Positions 38,691 through 52,869 of a stretch of 64,000 bases of DNA are shown one piece after another. Below the pieces are notes generated by a model. The model saw only the letters and a list, made by a program, of their open reading frames with translations. It searched no databases and had not been told where the DNA came from. The DNA is from Eledone cirrhosa (Eukaryota). Made by a program: the position numbers and the translations under genes. How positions within the stretch are numbered: position 1 is the stretch's first letter; the number at the start of each line of letters is the position of its first letter. The stretch spans positions 18,476,001 through 18,540,000 of the forward strand of contig OZ024744.1 of NCBI GenBank assembly GCA_964016885.1. Reading direction: 5' to 3'.

Positions 38691-40249
38691 TGTGTATGTC
38701 ACTGTATGTTTATGTATGTCTGTGTCACTGTGTATGTCACTGTATGTTTCTGTATGTCTGTGTCACTGTGTATGTCACTGTATGTTTCTGTATGTCTGTG
38801 TCACTGTGTATGTCACTGTATGTTTCTGTATGTCTGTGTCACTGTGTATGTCACTGTATCTTTGTGTATGTCTGTGTCCCTGTGTATGTCACTGTATGTT
38901 CTGTATGTTTGTGTCACTGTGTATGTCACTGTGTGTTTCTGTATGTCTGTGTCACTGTGTATGTCACTGTGTGTTTCTGTATGTCTGTGTGACTGTGTAT
39001 GTCACTGTGTGTTTGTGTATGTCTGTGTCACTGTATGTTTCTGTATGTCTGTGTCACTGTGTATGTCACTGTGTGTTTCTGTATGTATGTGTCACCGTGT
39101 ATGTCACTGTATCTTTGTGTATGCCTGTATCACTGTGTATGTCACTGTGTGTTTCTGTATGTTTGTGTCACTGTGTATGTCACTAAATGTTTGTGTGTGT
39201 CTGTGTCTCTGTGTATGTCACTGTGTGTTTGCGTGTGTCTGTGTCACTGTGTATGTCACTGTGTGTTTCTGTATGTCTGTGTGACTGTGTATGTCACTGT
39301 TTGTTTGTGTATGTCTGTGTCACTGTGTGTGTTTATGTATGTCTGTGTCACTGTGTATGTCATTGCATCTTTGTGTATGTCTGTCTCACTCTGTATGTCA
39401 CTGTGTGTTTCTGCATGTCTTTGTCACTGTGTATGTCACTGTGTGTTTCTGTATGTCTGTGTCACGGTGTATGTCACTGTATGTTTGTGTATGACTGTGT
39501 CACTGTGTATGTCACTGTGTGTTTGTGTATGTCTGTGTCACTGTATGTTTCTGTATGTCTGTGTCACTGTGTATGTCACTGTGTGTTTCTGTACGTCTGT
39601 GTCACTGTGTATGTCATTGTATCTTTGTGTATGTCTGTGTCACTGTGTATGTCACTGTATGCTTCTGTAAGATTGTGTCACTGTGTATGTCACTGTGTGT
39701 TTCTGTATGTCTGTGTCTCTGTGTATGTCACTGTATGTTTCTGTATGTCTGTTTCACTGTGTATGTCACTGTGTCTTTATGTATGTCTGTGTCACTCTGT
39801 ATGTCACTGTATATTTCTGTATGTCTGTGTCACTGTGTATATCACTGTATGTTTCTGTATGTCTGTGTCACTGTGTATGTCACTGTGTGTTTCTGTATGG
39901 CTGTGTCACTGTGTATGTCACTGTATCTTTGTGTATGTCTGTGTCACTGTGTATGTCACAGTGTGTTTCTGTATGTCTGTGTCACTGTCTATGTCACTGT
40001 ATGTTTCTGAATGTCTGTGTCAGTGTGTATGTCACTGTGTGTTTGTGTATGTCTGTGTCACTGTATGTTTCTGTATGTCTGTGTCACTGTGTATGTCACT
40101 GTGTGTTTCTGTATGTCTGTGTCACTGTGTATGACATTGTATCTTTGTGTATGTATGTGTCACTGTGTATGTCACTGTATGTTTCTGTATGTTTGTGTCA
40201 CTGTGTATGTCACTGTGTGTTTCTGTATGTCTGTGTCACTGTGTATGTC

Positions 40250-40510
40250 ACTGTGTGTTTCTGTATGTTTGTGTCACTGTGTATGTCACTAAATGTTTGT
40301 GTGTGTCTGTGTCTCTGTGTATGTCACTGTTTGTTTGCGTGTGTCTGTGTCACTGTGTATGTCACTGTGTGTTTCTGTATGTCTGTGTGACTGTCTATGT
40401 CACTGTGTGTTTCTGTATGTTTGTGTCACTGTGTATGTCACTAAATGTTTGTGTGTGTCTGTGTCTCTGTGTATGTCACTGTTTGTTTGCGTGTGTCTGT
40501 GTCACTGTGT
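40250..40510. repeat. 152 bp (4-monomer) doublet marked by CACTAAATG, also at about 43075, 47383, 52164, 57655 and 60683
   Basis: ORF start pairs 40293/40445, 43078/43230, 47386/47538, 52167/52319, 57658/57810 and 60686/60838 are all 152 bp apart. Confidence 0.9.
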
Positions 40511-41179
40511 ATGTCACTGTATGTTTCTGTATGTCTGTGTCACTTTGTATGTCACTGTGTGTTTCTGTATGTATGTGTCACCGTGTATGTCACTGTATCT
40601 TTGTGTATGCCTGTGTCACTGTGTATGTCACTGTGTGTTTCTGTATGTTTGTGTCACTGTGTATGTCACTAAATGTTTGTGTGTGTCTGTGTCACTGTGT
40701 ATGTCACTGTGTGTTTCTGTATGTCTGTGTGACTGTGTATGTCACTGTTTGTTTGTGTATGTATGTGTCACTGTGTGTGTTTCTGTATGTCTGTGTCACT
40801 GTGTATGTCATTGCATATTTGTGTATGTCTGTCTCACTGTGTATGTCACTGTGTGTTTCTGCATGTCTGTGTCACTGTGTATGTCACTGTGTGTTTCTGT
40901 ATGTCTGTGTCACTGTGTATATCACTGTATGTTTCTGTATGTCTCTTTCACTGTGTATATCACTGTGTGTTTCTGTATGTCTGTGTCACTGTATATGTCA
41001 CTGTATCTTTGTGTATGCCTGTGTCACTGTCTATGTCACTGTATGTTTCTGTATGTCTGTTTCACTGTGTATGTCACTGTATATTTGTGTATGTCTGTGT
41101 CACTCTGTATGTCACTGTGTGTTTCTGTATGTCTGTGTCACTATGTATGCCACTGTATATTTGTGCTGTCTGTGTCATT

Positions 41180-44100
41180 GTGTATGTCACTGTATGTTTC
41201 TGTATGTCTGTTTCACTGTGTATGACACTGTGTCTTTCTGTATGTATGTATCACTGTGTATGTCACTGTGTGTATCTGTATGTCGGTGTCACTGTGTAAG
41301 TCATTGTATCTTTGTGTATGTCTGTGGCACTCTGTATGTCGTTGTGTGTTTCTGTATGTATGTGTCTCTGTGTATGTCACTGTATATTTGTGTATGTATG
41401 TGTCACTGTGTATGTCACTGTGAGTTTCTCTATGTCTGTGTCACTGTGTATGTCACTGTATGTCTCTGTATGTCTGTGTCACTGTCTATGTCACTGTATC
41501 TTTGTGTATGTCTGTGTCACTGTGTATGTCACTGTGTGTTTATGTATGTCTGTGTCACTGTGTATGTCACAGTTTGTTTCTGTATGTCTGTGTCACTGTG
41601 TATGTCACTGTTTGTTTCTGTATGTATGTGTCACTGTGTATGTCACCGTATGTGTGTGTATGTCTGTGTCACGGTGTATGTCACTGTATCTTAGTGTATG
41701 CCTGTGTCACTGTGTATGTCACTGTGAGTTTCTGTATGTCTGTGTCTCTGTGTATGTTACTGTATCTTTGTGCATGTATGTGTCACTGTGTATGTCACTG
41801 TATGTTTCTGTATGTCTGTGTCACTGTGTATATCACTGTGTGTTTCTGTATATCTGTGTCTCTGTGTATGTCACTGTATCTTTGTGTATGTCTGGGTCAC
41901 TGTGTATGTCACTGTATATTTGTGTATGTCTGTGTCACGGTGTATATCACTGTATGTTTGTGTATGTCTGTGTCACTGTGTATGTCACTGTGTGTTTCTG
42001 TATGTCTGTGTCACTGTCTATATCAATGTGTGTTTCTGTATCTCTGTGTCACGGTGTATGTCACTGCATGTTTGTGTATGTCTGTGTGACTGTGTATGTC
42101 ACTGTGTGTTTCTGTATGGCTGTGTCACTGTGTATGTCACTGTATCTTTGTGTATGTCTGTGTCACTGTGTATGTCACAGTGTGTTTCTGTATGTCTGTG
42201 TCACTGTATATGTCACTGTATGTTTCTGAATGTCTGTGTCACTGTGTATGTCACTGTGTGTTTCTGTATGTCTGTGTCACGGTGTATGTCACTGTATGTT
42301 TGTGTGTGACTCTGTCACTGTGTGTTTGTGTATGTCTGTGTCACTGTAAGTTTCTGTATGTCTGTGTCACTGTGTATGTCACTGTGTGTTTCTGGATGTC
42401 TGTGTCACTGTGTATGTCATTGTATCTTTGTGTATGTCTGTGTCACTGTGTATGTCACTGTATGTTTCTGTAAGTTTGTGTCACTGTGTATGTCACTGTG
42501 TGTTTCTGTATGTCTGTGTCTCTGTGTATGTCACTGTATGTTTCTGTATGTCTGTTTCACTGTGTATGTCACTGTGTCTTTATGTATGTCTGTGTCACTC
42601 TGTATGTCACTGTATATTTCTGTATGTCTGTGTCACTGTGTATATCACTGTATGTTTCTGTATGTCTGTGTCACTGTGTATGTCACTGTGTGTTTCTGTA
42701 TGGCTGTGTCACTGTGTATGTCACTGTATCTTTCTGTATGTCTGTGTCACTGTGTATGTCACAGTGTGTTTGTGTATGTCTGTGTCACTGTCTATGTCAC
42801 TGTATGTTTCTGAATGTCTGTGTCACTGTGTATGTCACTGTGTGTTTGTGTATGTCTGTGTCACTGTATGTTTCTGTATGTCTGTGTCACTGTGTATGTC
42901 ACTGTATGCTTCTGTATGTCTGTGTCACTGTGTAAGTCATTGTATCTTTGTGTATGTCACTGTATGTTTCTGTATGTTTGTGTCACTGTGTATGTCACTG
43001 TGTGTTTCTGTATGTCTGTGTCACTGTGTATGTCACTGTGTGTTTCTGTATGTTTGTGTCACTGTGTATGTCACTAAATGTTTGTGTGTGTCTGTGTCTC
43101 TGTGTATGTCACTGTTTGTTTGCGTGTGTCTGTGTCACTGTGTATGTCACTGTGTGTTTCTGTATGTCTGTGTGACTGTCTATGTCACTGTGTGTTTCTG
43201 TATGTTTGTGTCACTGTGTATGTCACTAAATGTTTGTGTGTGTCTGTGTCTCTGTGTATGTCACTGTTTGTTTGCGTGTGTCTGTGTCACTGTGTATGTC
43301 ACTGTATGTTTCTGTATGTCTGTGTCACTTTGTATGTCACTGTGTGTTTCTGTATGTATGTGTCACCGTGTATGTCACTGTATCTTTGTGTATGCCTGTG
43401 TCACTGTGTATGTCACTGTGTGTTTCTGTATGTCTGTGTCACTGTGTATGTCACTGTGCGTTTCTGTATGTCTGTGTGACTGTGTATGTCACTGTTTGTT
43501 TGTGTATGTCTGTGTCACTGTGTGTGTTTCTGTATGTCTGTGTCACTGTGTATGTCATTGCATCTTTGTGTATGTCTGTCTCACTGTGTATGTCACTGTG
43601 TGTTTCTGCATGTCTGTGTCACTGTGTATGTCACTGTGTGTTTCTGTATGTCTGTGTCACTGTGTATGTCACTGTATGTTTCTGTATGTCTCTTTCAGTG
43701 TGTATATCACTGTGTGTTTCTGTATGTCTGTGTCACTGTATATGTCGCTGTATCTTTGTGTATGCCTGTGTCACTGTCTATGTCACTGTATGTTTCTGTA
43801 TGTCTGTTTCACTGTGTATGTCACTGTATATTTGTGTATGTCTGTGTCACTCTGTATGTCACTGTGAGTTTCTCTATGTCTGTGTCACTGTGTATGTCAC
43901 TGTATGTCTCTGTATGTCTGTGTCACTGTCTATGTCACTGTATCTTTGTGTATGTCTGTGTCACTGTGTATGTCACTGTGTGTTTCTGTATGTCTGTGTC
44001 ACTGTGTATGTCACAGTTTGTTTCTGTATATATGTGTCTCTGTGTATGTCACTGTAGTTTTGTGTATGTCTGTGTCACTGTGTGTTTCTGTATGTCTGTG

Positions 44101-47100
44101 TCACTGTGTATGTCACTGTTTGTTTCTGTATGTATGTGTCACTGTGTATGTCACCGTATGTGTGTGTATGTCTGTGTCACGGTGTATGTCACTGTATCTT
44201 AGTGTATGCCTGTGTCACTGTGTATGTCACTGTGAGTTTCTGTATGTCTGTGTCTCTGTGTATGTCACTGTATCTTTGTGCATGTATGTGTCACTGTGTA
44301 TGTCACTGTATGTTTCTGTATGTCTGTGTCACTGTGTATATCACTGTGTGTTTCTGTATATCTGTGTCTCTGTGTATGTCACTGTATCTTTGTGTATGTC
44401 TGGGTCACTGTGTATGTCACTGTATATTTGTGTATGTATGTGACACGGTGTATATCACTGTATGTTTGTGTATGTCTGTGTCACTGTGTATGTCACTGTG
44501 TGTTTCTGTATGTCTGTGTCACTGTGTATATCAATGTGTGTTTCTGTATCTCTGTGTCACGGTGTATGTCACTGCATGTTTGTGTATGTCTGTGTGACTG
44601 TGTATGTCACTGTGTGTTTCTGTATGGCTGTGTCACTGTGTATGTCACTGTATCTTTGTGTATGTCTGTGTCACTGTGTATGTCACAGTGTGTTTCTGTA
44701 TGTCTGTGTCACCGTCTATGTCACTGTATGTTTCTGAATGTCTGTGTCACTGTGTATGTCACTGTGTGTTTCTGTATGTCTGTGTCACGGTGTATGTCAC
44801 TGTATGTTTGTGTGTGACTGTGTCACTGTGTATGTCACTGTGTGTTTGTGTATGTCTGTGTCACTGTAAGTTTCTGTATGTCTGTGTCACTGTGTATGTC
44901 ACTGTGTGTTTCTGGATGTCTGTGTCACTGTGTATGTCATTGTATCTTTGTGTATGTCTGTGTCACTGTGTATGTCACTGTATGTTTCTGTAAGTTTGTG
45001 TCACTGTGTATGTCACTGTGTGTTTCTGTATGTCTGTGTCTCTGTGTATGTCACTGTATGTTTCTGTATATCTGTTTCACTGTGTATGTCACTGTGTCTT
45101 TATGTATGTCTGTGTCACTCTGTATGTCACTGTATATTTCTGTATGTCTGTGTCACTGTGTATATCACTGTATGTTTCTGTATGTCTGTGTCACTGTGTA
45201 TGTCACTGTGTGTTTCTGTATGGCTGTGTCACTGTGTATGTCACAGTGTGTTTCTGTATGTCTGTGTCACTGTCTATGTCACTGTATGTTTCTGAATGTC
45301 TGTGTCACTGTGTATGTCACTGTGTGTTTGTGTATGTCTGTGTCACTGTATGTTTCTGTATGTCTGTGTCACTGTGTATGTCACTGTGTGTTTCTGTATG
45401 TCTGTGTCACTGTGTATGACATTGTATCTTTGTGTATGTCTGTGTCACTGTGTATGTCACTGTATGTTTCTGTATGTTTGTGTCTCAGTGTATGTCACTG
45501 TATGTTTCTGTATGTCTGTTTCACTGTGTATGACACTGTGTCTTTCTGTATGTATGTATCACTGTGTATGTCACTGTGTGTATCTGTATGTCGGTGTCAC
45601 TGTGTAAGTCATTGTATCTTTGTGTATGTCTGTGGCACTCTGTATGTCGTTGTGTGTTTCTGTATGTATGTGTCTCTGTGTATGTCACTGTATATTTGTG
45701 TATGTATGTGTCACTGTGTATGTCACTGTGAGTTTCTCTATGTCTGTGTCACTGTGTATGTCACTGTATGTCTCTGTATGTCTGTGTCACTGTCTATGTC
45801 ACTGTATCTTTGTGTATGTCTGTGTCACTGTGTATGTCACTGTGTGTTTATGTATGTCTGTGTCACTGTGTATGTCACAGTTTGTTTCTGTATGTCTGTG
45901 TCACTGTGTATGTCACTGTTTGTTTCTGTATGTATGTGTCACTGTGTATGTCACCGTATGTGTGTGTATGTCTGTGTCACGGTGTATGTCACTGTATCTT
46001 AGTGTATGCCTGTGTCACTGTGTATGTCACTGTGAGTTTCTGTATGTCTGTGTCTCTGTGTATGTCACTGTATCTTTGTGCATGTATGTGTCACTGTGTA
46101 TGTCACTGTATGTTTCTGTATGTCTGTGTCACTGTGTATATCACTGTGTGTTTCTGTGTATCTGTGTCTCTGTGTATGTCACTGTATCTTTGTGTATGTC
46201 TGGGTCACTGTGTATGTCACTGTATATTTGTGTATGTCTGTGTCACGGTGTATATCACTGTATGTTTGTGTATGTCTGTGTCACTGTGTATGTCACTGTG
46301 TGTTTCTGTATGTCTGTGTCACTGTCTATATCAATGTGTGTTTCTGTATCTCTGTGTCACGGTGTATGTCACTGCATGTTTGTGTATGTCTGTGTGACTG
46401 TGTATGTCACTGTGTGTTTCTGTATGGCTGTGTCACTGTGTATGTCACTGTATCTTTGTGTATGTCTGTGTCACTGTGTATGTCACAGTGTGTTTCTGTA
46501 TGTCTGTGTCACTGTATATGTCACTGTATGTTTCTGAATGTATGTGTCACTGTGTATGTCACTGTGTGTTTCTGTATGTCTGTGTCACGGTGTATGTCAC
46601 TGTATGTTTGTGTGTGACTCTGTCACTGTGTGTTTGTGTATGTCTGTGTCACTGTAAGTTTCTGTATGTCTGTGTCACTGTGTATGTCACTGTGTGTTTC
46701 TGGATGTCTGTGTCACTGTGTATGTCATTGTATCTTTGTGTATGTCTGTGTCACTGTGTATGTCACTGTATGTTTCTGTAAGTTTGTGTCACTGTGTATG
46801 TCACTGTGTGTTTCTGTATGTCTGTGTCTCTGTGTATGTCACTGTATGTTTCTGTATGTCTGTTTCACTGTGTATGTCACTGTGTCTTTATGTATGTCTG
46901 TGTCACTCTGTATGTCACTGTATATTTCTGTATGTCTGTGTCACTGTGTATATCACTGTATGTTTCTGTATGTCTGTGTCACTGTGTATGTCACTGTGTG
47001 TTTCTGTATGGCTGTGTCACTGTGTATGTCACTGTATCTTTCTGTATGTCTGTGTCACTGTGTATGTCACAGTGTGTTTGTGTATGTCTGTGTCACTGTC

Positions 47101-49830
47101 TATGTCACTGTATGTTTCTGAATGTCTGTGTCACTGTGTATGTCACTGTGTGTTTGTGTATGTCTGTGTCACTGTATGTTTCTGTATGTCTGTGTCACTG
47201 TGTATGTCACTGTATGCTTCTGTATGTCTGTGTCACTGTGTAAGTCATTGTATCTTTGTGTATGTCACTGTATGTTTCTGTATGTTTGTGTCACTGTGTA
47301 TGTCACTGTGTGTTTCTGTATGTCTGTGTCACTGTGTATGTCACTGTGTGTTTCTGTATGTTTGTGTCACTGTGTATGTCACTAAATGTTTGTGTGTGTC
47401 TGTGTCTCTGTGTATGTCACTGTTTGTTTGCGTGTGTCTGTGTCACTGTGTATGTCACTGTGTGTTTCTGTATGCCTGTGTGACTGTCTATGTCACTGTG
47501 TGTTTCTGTATGTTTGTGTCACTGTGTATGTCACTAAATGTTTGTGTGTGTCTGTGTCTCTGTGTATGTCACTGTTTGTTTGCGTGTGTCTGTGTCACTG
47601 TGTATGTCACTGTATGTTTCTGTATGTCTGTGTCACTTTGTATGTCACTGTGTGTTTCTGTATGTATGTGTCACCGTGTATGTCACTGTATCTTTGTGTA
47701 TGCCTGTGTCACTGTGTATGTCACTGTGTGTTTCTGTATGTCTGTGTCACTGTGTATGTCACTGTGTGTTTCTGTATGTCTGTGTGACTGTGTATGTCAC
47801 TGTTTGTTTGTGTATGTCTGTGTCACTGTGTGTGTTTCTGTATGTCTGTGTCACTGTGTATGTCATTGCATCTTTGTGTATGTCTGTCTCACTGTGTATG
47901 TCACTGTGTGTTTCTGCATGTCTGTGTCACTGTGTATGTCACTGTGTGTTTCTGTATGTCTGTGTCACTGTGTATGTCACTGTATGTTTCTGTATGTCTC
48001 TTTCACTGTGTATATCACTGTGTGTTTCTGTATGTCTGTGTCACTGTATATGTCACTGTATCTTTGTGTATGCCTGTGTCACTGTCTATGTCACTGTATG
48101 TTTCTGTATGTCTGTTTCACTGTGTATGTCACTGTATATTTGTGTATGTCTGTGTCACTCTGTATGTCACTGTGTGTTTCTGTATGTCTGTGTCACTATG
48201 TATGCCACTGTGTATTTGTGTTGTCTGTGTCATTGTGTATGTCACTGGGTGTTTCTGTATGTCTGTGTCACTGTGTATGACACTGTGTCTTTCTGTATGT
48301 ATGTATCACTGTGTATGTCACTGTGTGTATCTGTATGTCGGTGTCACTGTGTAAGTCATTGTATCTTTGTGTATGTCTGTGGCACTCTGTATGTCGTTGT
48401 GTGTTTCTGTATGTATGTGTCTCTGTGTATGTCACTGTATATTTGTGTATGTATGTGTCACTGTGTATGTCACTGTGAGTTTCTCTATGTCTGTGTCACT
48501 GTGTATGTCACTGTATGTCTCTGTATGTCTGTGTCACTGTCTATGTCACTGTATCTTTGTGTATGTCTGTGTCACTGTGTATGTCACTGTGTGTTTCTGT
48601 ATGTCTGTGTCACTGTGTATGTCACAGTTTGTTTCTGTATATATGTGTCTCTGTGTATGTCACTGTAGTTTTGTGTATGTCTGTGTCACTGTGTGTTTCT
48701 GTATGTCTGTGTCACTGTGTATGTCACTGTTTGTTTCTGTATGTATGTGTCACTGTGTATGTCACCGTATGTGTGTGTATGTCTGTGTCACGGTGTATGT
48801 CACTGTATCTTAGTGTATGCCTGTGTCACTGTGTATGTCACTGTGAGTTTCTGTATGTCTGTGTCTCTGTGTATGTCACTGTATCTTTGTGCATGTATGT
48901 GTCACTGTGTATGTCACTGTATGTTTCTGTATGTCTGTGTCACTGTGTATATCACTGTGTGTTTCTGTATATCTGTGTCTCTGTGTATGTCACTGTATCT
49001 TTGTGTATGTCTGGGTCACTGTGTATGTCACTGTATATTTGTGTATGTCTGTGACACGGTGTATATCACTGTATGTTTGTGTATGTCTGTGTCACTGTGT
49101 ATGTCACTGTGTGTTTCTGTATGTCTGTGTCACTGTGTATATCAATGTGTGTTTCTGTATCTCTGTGTCACGGTGTATGTCACTGCATGTTTGTGTATGT
49201 CTGTGTGACTGTGTATGTCACTGTGTGTTTCTGTATGGCTGTGTCACTGTGTATGTCACTGTATCTTTGTGTATGTCTGTGTCACTGTGTATGTCACAGT
49301 GTGTTTCTGTATGTCTGTGTCACTGTCTATGTCACTGTATGTTTCTGAATGTCTGTGTCACTGTGTATGTCACTGTGTGTTTCTGTATGTCTGTGTCACG
49401 GTGTATGTCACTGTATGTTTGTGTGTGACTGTGTCACTGTGTATGTCACTGTGTGTTTGTGTATGTCTGTGTCACTGTAAGTTTCTGTATGTCTGTGTCA
49501 CTGTGTATGTCACTGAGGGTTTCTGGATGTCTGTGTCACTGTGTATGTCATTGTATCTTTGTGTATGTCTGTGTCACTGTGTATGTCACTGTATGTTTCT
49601 GTAAGTCTGTGTCACTGTGTATGTCACTGTGTGTTTCTGTATGTCTGTGTCTCTGTGTATGTCACTGTATGTTTCTGTATATCTGTTTCACTGTGTATGT
49701 CACTGTGTCTTTATGTATGTCTGTGTCACTCTGTATGTCACTGTATATTTCTGTATGTCTGTGTCACTGTGTATATCACTGTATGTTTCTGTATGTCTGT
49801 GTCACTGTGTATGTCACTGTGTGTTTCTCT
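41180..49830. repeat. Tandem duplication with 4,308 bp offset, switching to 4,611 bp after a 303 bp indel
   Basis: ORF pairs at +4,308 (41312/45620, 42322/46630, 43486/47794), then at +4,611 (43904/48515, 44604/49215, 45006/49617). A few SNPs separate the copies. Confidence 0.92.
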
Positions 49831-51020
49831 ATGTCTGTGTCACTGTGTATGTCACTGTATGTCTCTGTATGTCTGTGTCACTGTCTATGTCACTGTATCT
49901 TTGTGTATGTCTGTGTCACTGTGTATGTCACTGTGTGTTTCTGTATGTCTGTGTCACTGTGTATGTCACAGTTTGTTTCTGTATATATGTGTCTCTGTGT
50001 ATGTCACTGTAGTTTTGTGTATGTCTGTGTCACTGTGTGTTTCTGTATGTATGTGTCACTGTGTATGTCACTGTATGTTTCTGTATGTCTGTGTCACTGT
50101 GTATGTCACTGTTTGTTTCTGTATGTATGTGTCACTGTGTATGTCACCGTATGTGTGTGTATGTCTGTGTCACGGTGTATGTCACTGTATCTTAGTGTAT
50201 GCCTGTGTCACTGTGTATGTCACTGTGAGTTTCTGTATGTCTGTGTCTCTGTGTATGTCACTGTATCTTTGTGCATGTATGTGTCACTGTGTATGTCACT
50301 GTATGTTTCTGTATGTCTGTGTCACTGTGTATATCACTGTGTGTTTCTGTATATCTGTGTCTCTGTGTATGTCACTGTATCTTTGTGTATGTCTGGGTCA
50401 CTGTGTATGTCACTGTATAGTTGTGTATGTCTGTGACACGGTGTATATCACTGTATGTTTGTGTATGTCTGTGTCACTGTGTATGTCACTGTGTGTTTCT
50501 GTATGTCTGTGTCACTGTGTATATCAATGTGTGTTTCTGTATCTCTGTGTCACGGTGTATGTCACTGCATGTTTGTGTATGTCTGTGTGACTGTGTATGT
50601 CACTGTGTGTTTCTGTATGGCTGTGTCACTGTGTATGTCACTGTATCTTTGTGTATGTCTGTGTCACTGTGTATGTCACAGTGTGTTTCTGTATGTCTGT
50701 GTCACTGTCTATGTCACTGTATGTTTCTGAATGTCTGTGTCACTGTGTATGTCACTGTGTGTTTCTGTATGTCTGTGTCACGGTGTATGTCACTGTATGT
50801 TTGTGTGTGACTGTGTCACTGTGTATGTCACTGTGTGTTTGTGTATGTCTGTGTCACTGTAAGTTTCTGTATGTCTGTGTCACTGTGTATGTCACTGTGT
50901 GTTTCTGGATGTCTGTGTCACTGTGTATGTCATTGTATCTTTGTGTATGTCTGTGTCACTGTGTATGTCACTGTATGTTTCTGTAAGTTTGTGTCACTGT
51001 GTATGTCACTGTGTGTTTCT
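48481..51020. repeat. ~1.34-1.38 kb tandem duplication (offset 1,344, then 1,382 after one extra monomer)
   Basis: TTCTCTATGT at 48481 and 49825. ORF pairs at +1,382 (49073/50455, 49215/50597, 49453/50835). Markers TGTAGTTT and CTTAGTG are both duplicated. Confidence 0.85.
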
Positions 51021-52869
51021 GTATGGCTGTGTCACTGTGTATGTCACAGTGTGTTTCTGTATGTCTGTGTCACTGTCTATGTCACTGTATGTTTCTGAAT
51101 GTCTGTGTCACTGTGTATGTCACTGTGTGTTTGTGTATGTCTGTGTCACTGTATGTTTCTGTATGTCTGTGTCACTGTGTATGTCATTGTATCTTTGTGT
51201 ATGTCTGTGTCACTGTGTATGTCACTGTATGTTTCTGTAAGTTTGTGTCACTGTGTATGTCACTGTGTGTTTCTGTATGTCTGTGTCTCTGTGTATGTCA
51301 CTGTATGTTTCTGTATGTCTGTTTCACTGTGTATGTCACTGTGTCTTTATGTATGTCTGTGTCACTCTCTATGTCACTGTATATTTCTGTATGTCTGTGT
51401 CACTGTGTATATCACTGTATGTTTCTGTATGTCTGTGTCACTGTGTATGTCACTGTGTGTTTCTGTATGGCTGTGTCACTGTGTATGTCACTGTATCTTT
51501 GTGTATGTCTGTGTCACTGTGTATGTCACAGTGTGTTTCTGTATGTCTGTGTCACTGTCTATGTCACTGTATGTTTCTGAATGTCTGTGTCAGTGTGTAT
51601 ATCACTGTGTGTTTGTGTATGTCTGTGTCACTGTATGTTTCTGTATGTCTGTGTCACTGTGTATGTCACTGTGTGTTTCTGTATGTCTGTGTCACTGTGT
51701 ATGACATTGTATCTTTGTGTATGTCTGTGTCACTGTGTATGTCACTGTATGTTTCTGTATGTTTGTGTCACTGTGTATGTCACTGTGTGTTTCTGTATGT
51801 TTGTGTCTCAGTGTATGTCACTGTATGTTTCTGTATGTCTGTTTCACTGTGTATGTCACGGTGTCTTTATGTATGTCTGTGTCACTCTGTATGTCACTGT
51901 ATATTTCTGTATGTCTGTGTCACTGTGTATGTCACTGTATGTTTCTGTATGTCTGTGTCACTGTGTATGTCACTGTATGCTTCTGTATGTCTGTGTCACT
52001 GTGTATGTCACTGTATCTTTGTGTATGTCTGTGTCCCTGTGTATGTCACTGTATGTTTCTGTATGTTTGTGTCACTGTGTATGTCACTGTGTGTTTCTGT
52101 ATGTCTGTGTCACTGTGTATGTCACTGTGTGTTTCTGTATGTTTGTGTCACTGTGTATGTCACTAAATGTTTGTGTGTGTCTGTGTCTCTGTGTATGTCA
52201 CTGTTTGTTTGCGTGTGTCTGTGTCACTGTGTATGTCACTGTGTGTTTCTGTATGTCTGTGTGACTGTCTATGTCACTGTGTGTTTCTGTATGTTTGTGT
52301 CACTGTGTATGTCACTAAATGTTTGTGTGTGTCTGTGTCTCTGTGTATGTCACTGTTTGTTTGCGTGTGTCTGTGTCACTGTGTATGTCACTGTATTTTT
52401 CTGTATGTCTGTGTCACTTTGTATGTCACTGTGTGTTTCTGTATGTATGTGTCACCGTGTATGTCACTGTATCTTTGTGTATGCCTGTGTCACTGTGTAT
52501 GTCACTGTGTGTTTCTGTATGTTTGTGTCACTGTGTATGTCACTAAATGTTTGTGTGTGTCTGTGTCACTGTGTATGTCACTGTTTGTTTGTGTATGTCT
52601 GTGTCACTGTGTGTGTTTCTGTATGTCTGTGTCACTGTGTATGTCACTGTATGTTTCTGTAAGTTTGTGTCACTGTGTATGTCACTGTGTGTTTCTGTAT
52701 GTCTGTGTCTCTGTGTATGTCACTGTATGTTTCTGTATGTCTGTTTCACTTTGTATGTCACTGTGTCTTTATGTATGTCTGTGTCACTCTGTATGTCACT
52801 GTATATTTCTGTATGTCTGTGTCACTGTGTATGTCACTGTATGTTTCTGTATGTTTGTGTCAGTGTATG

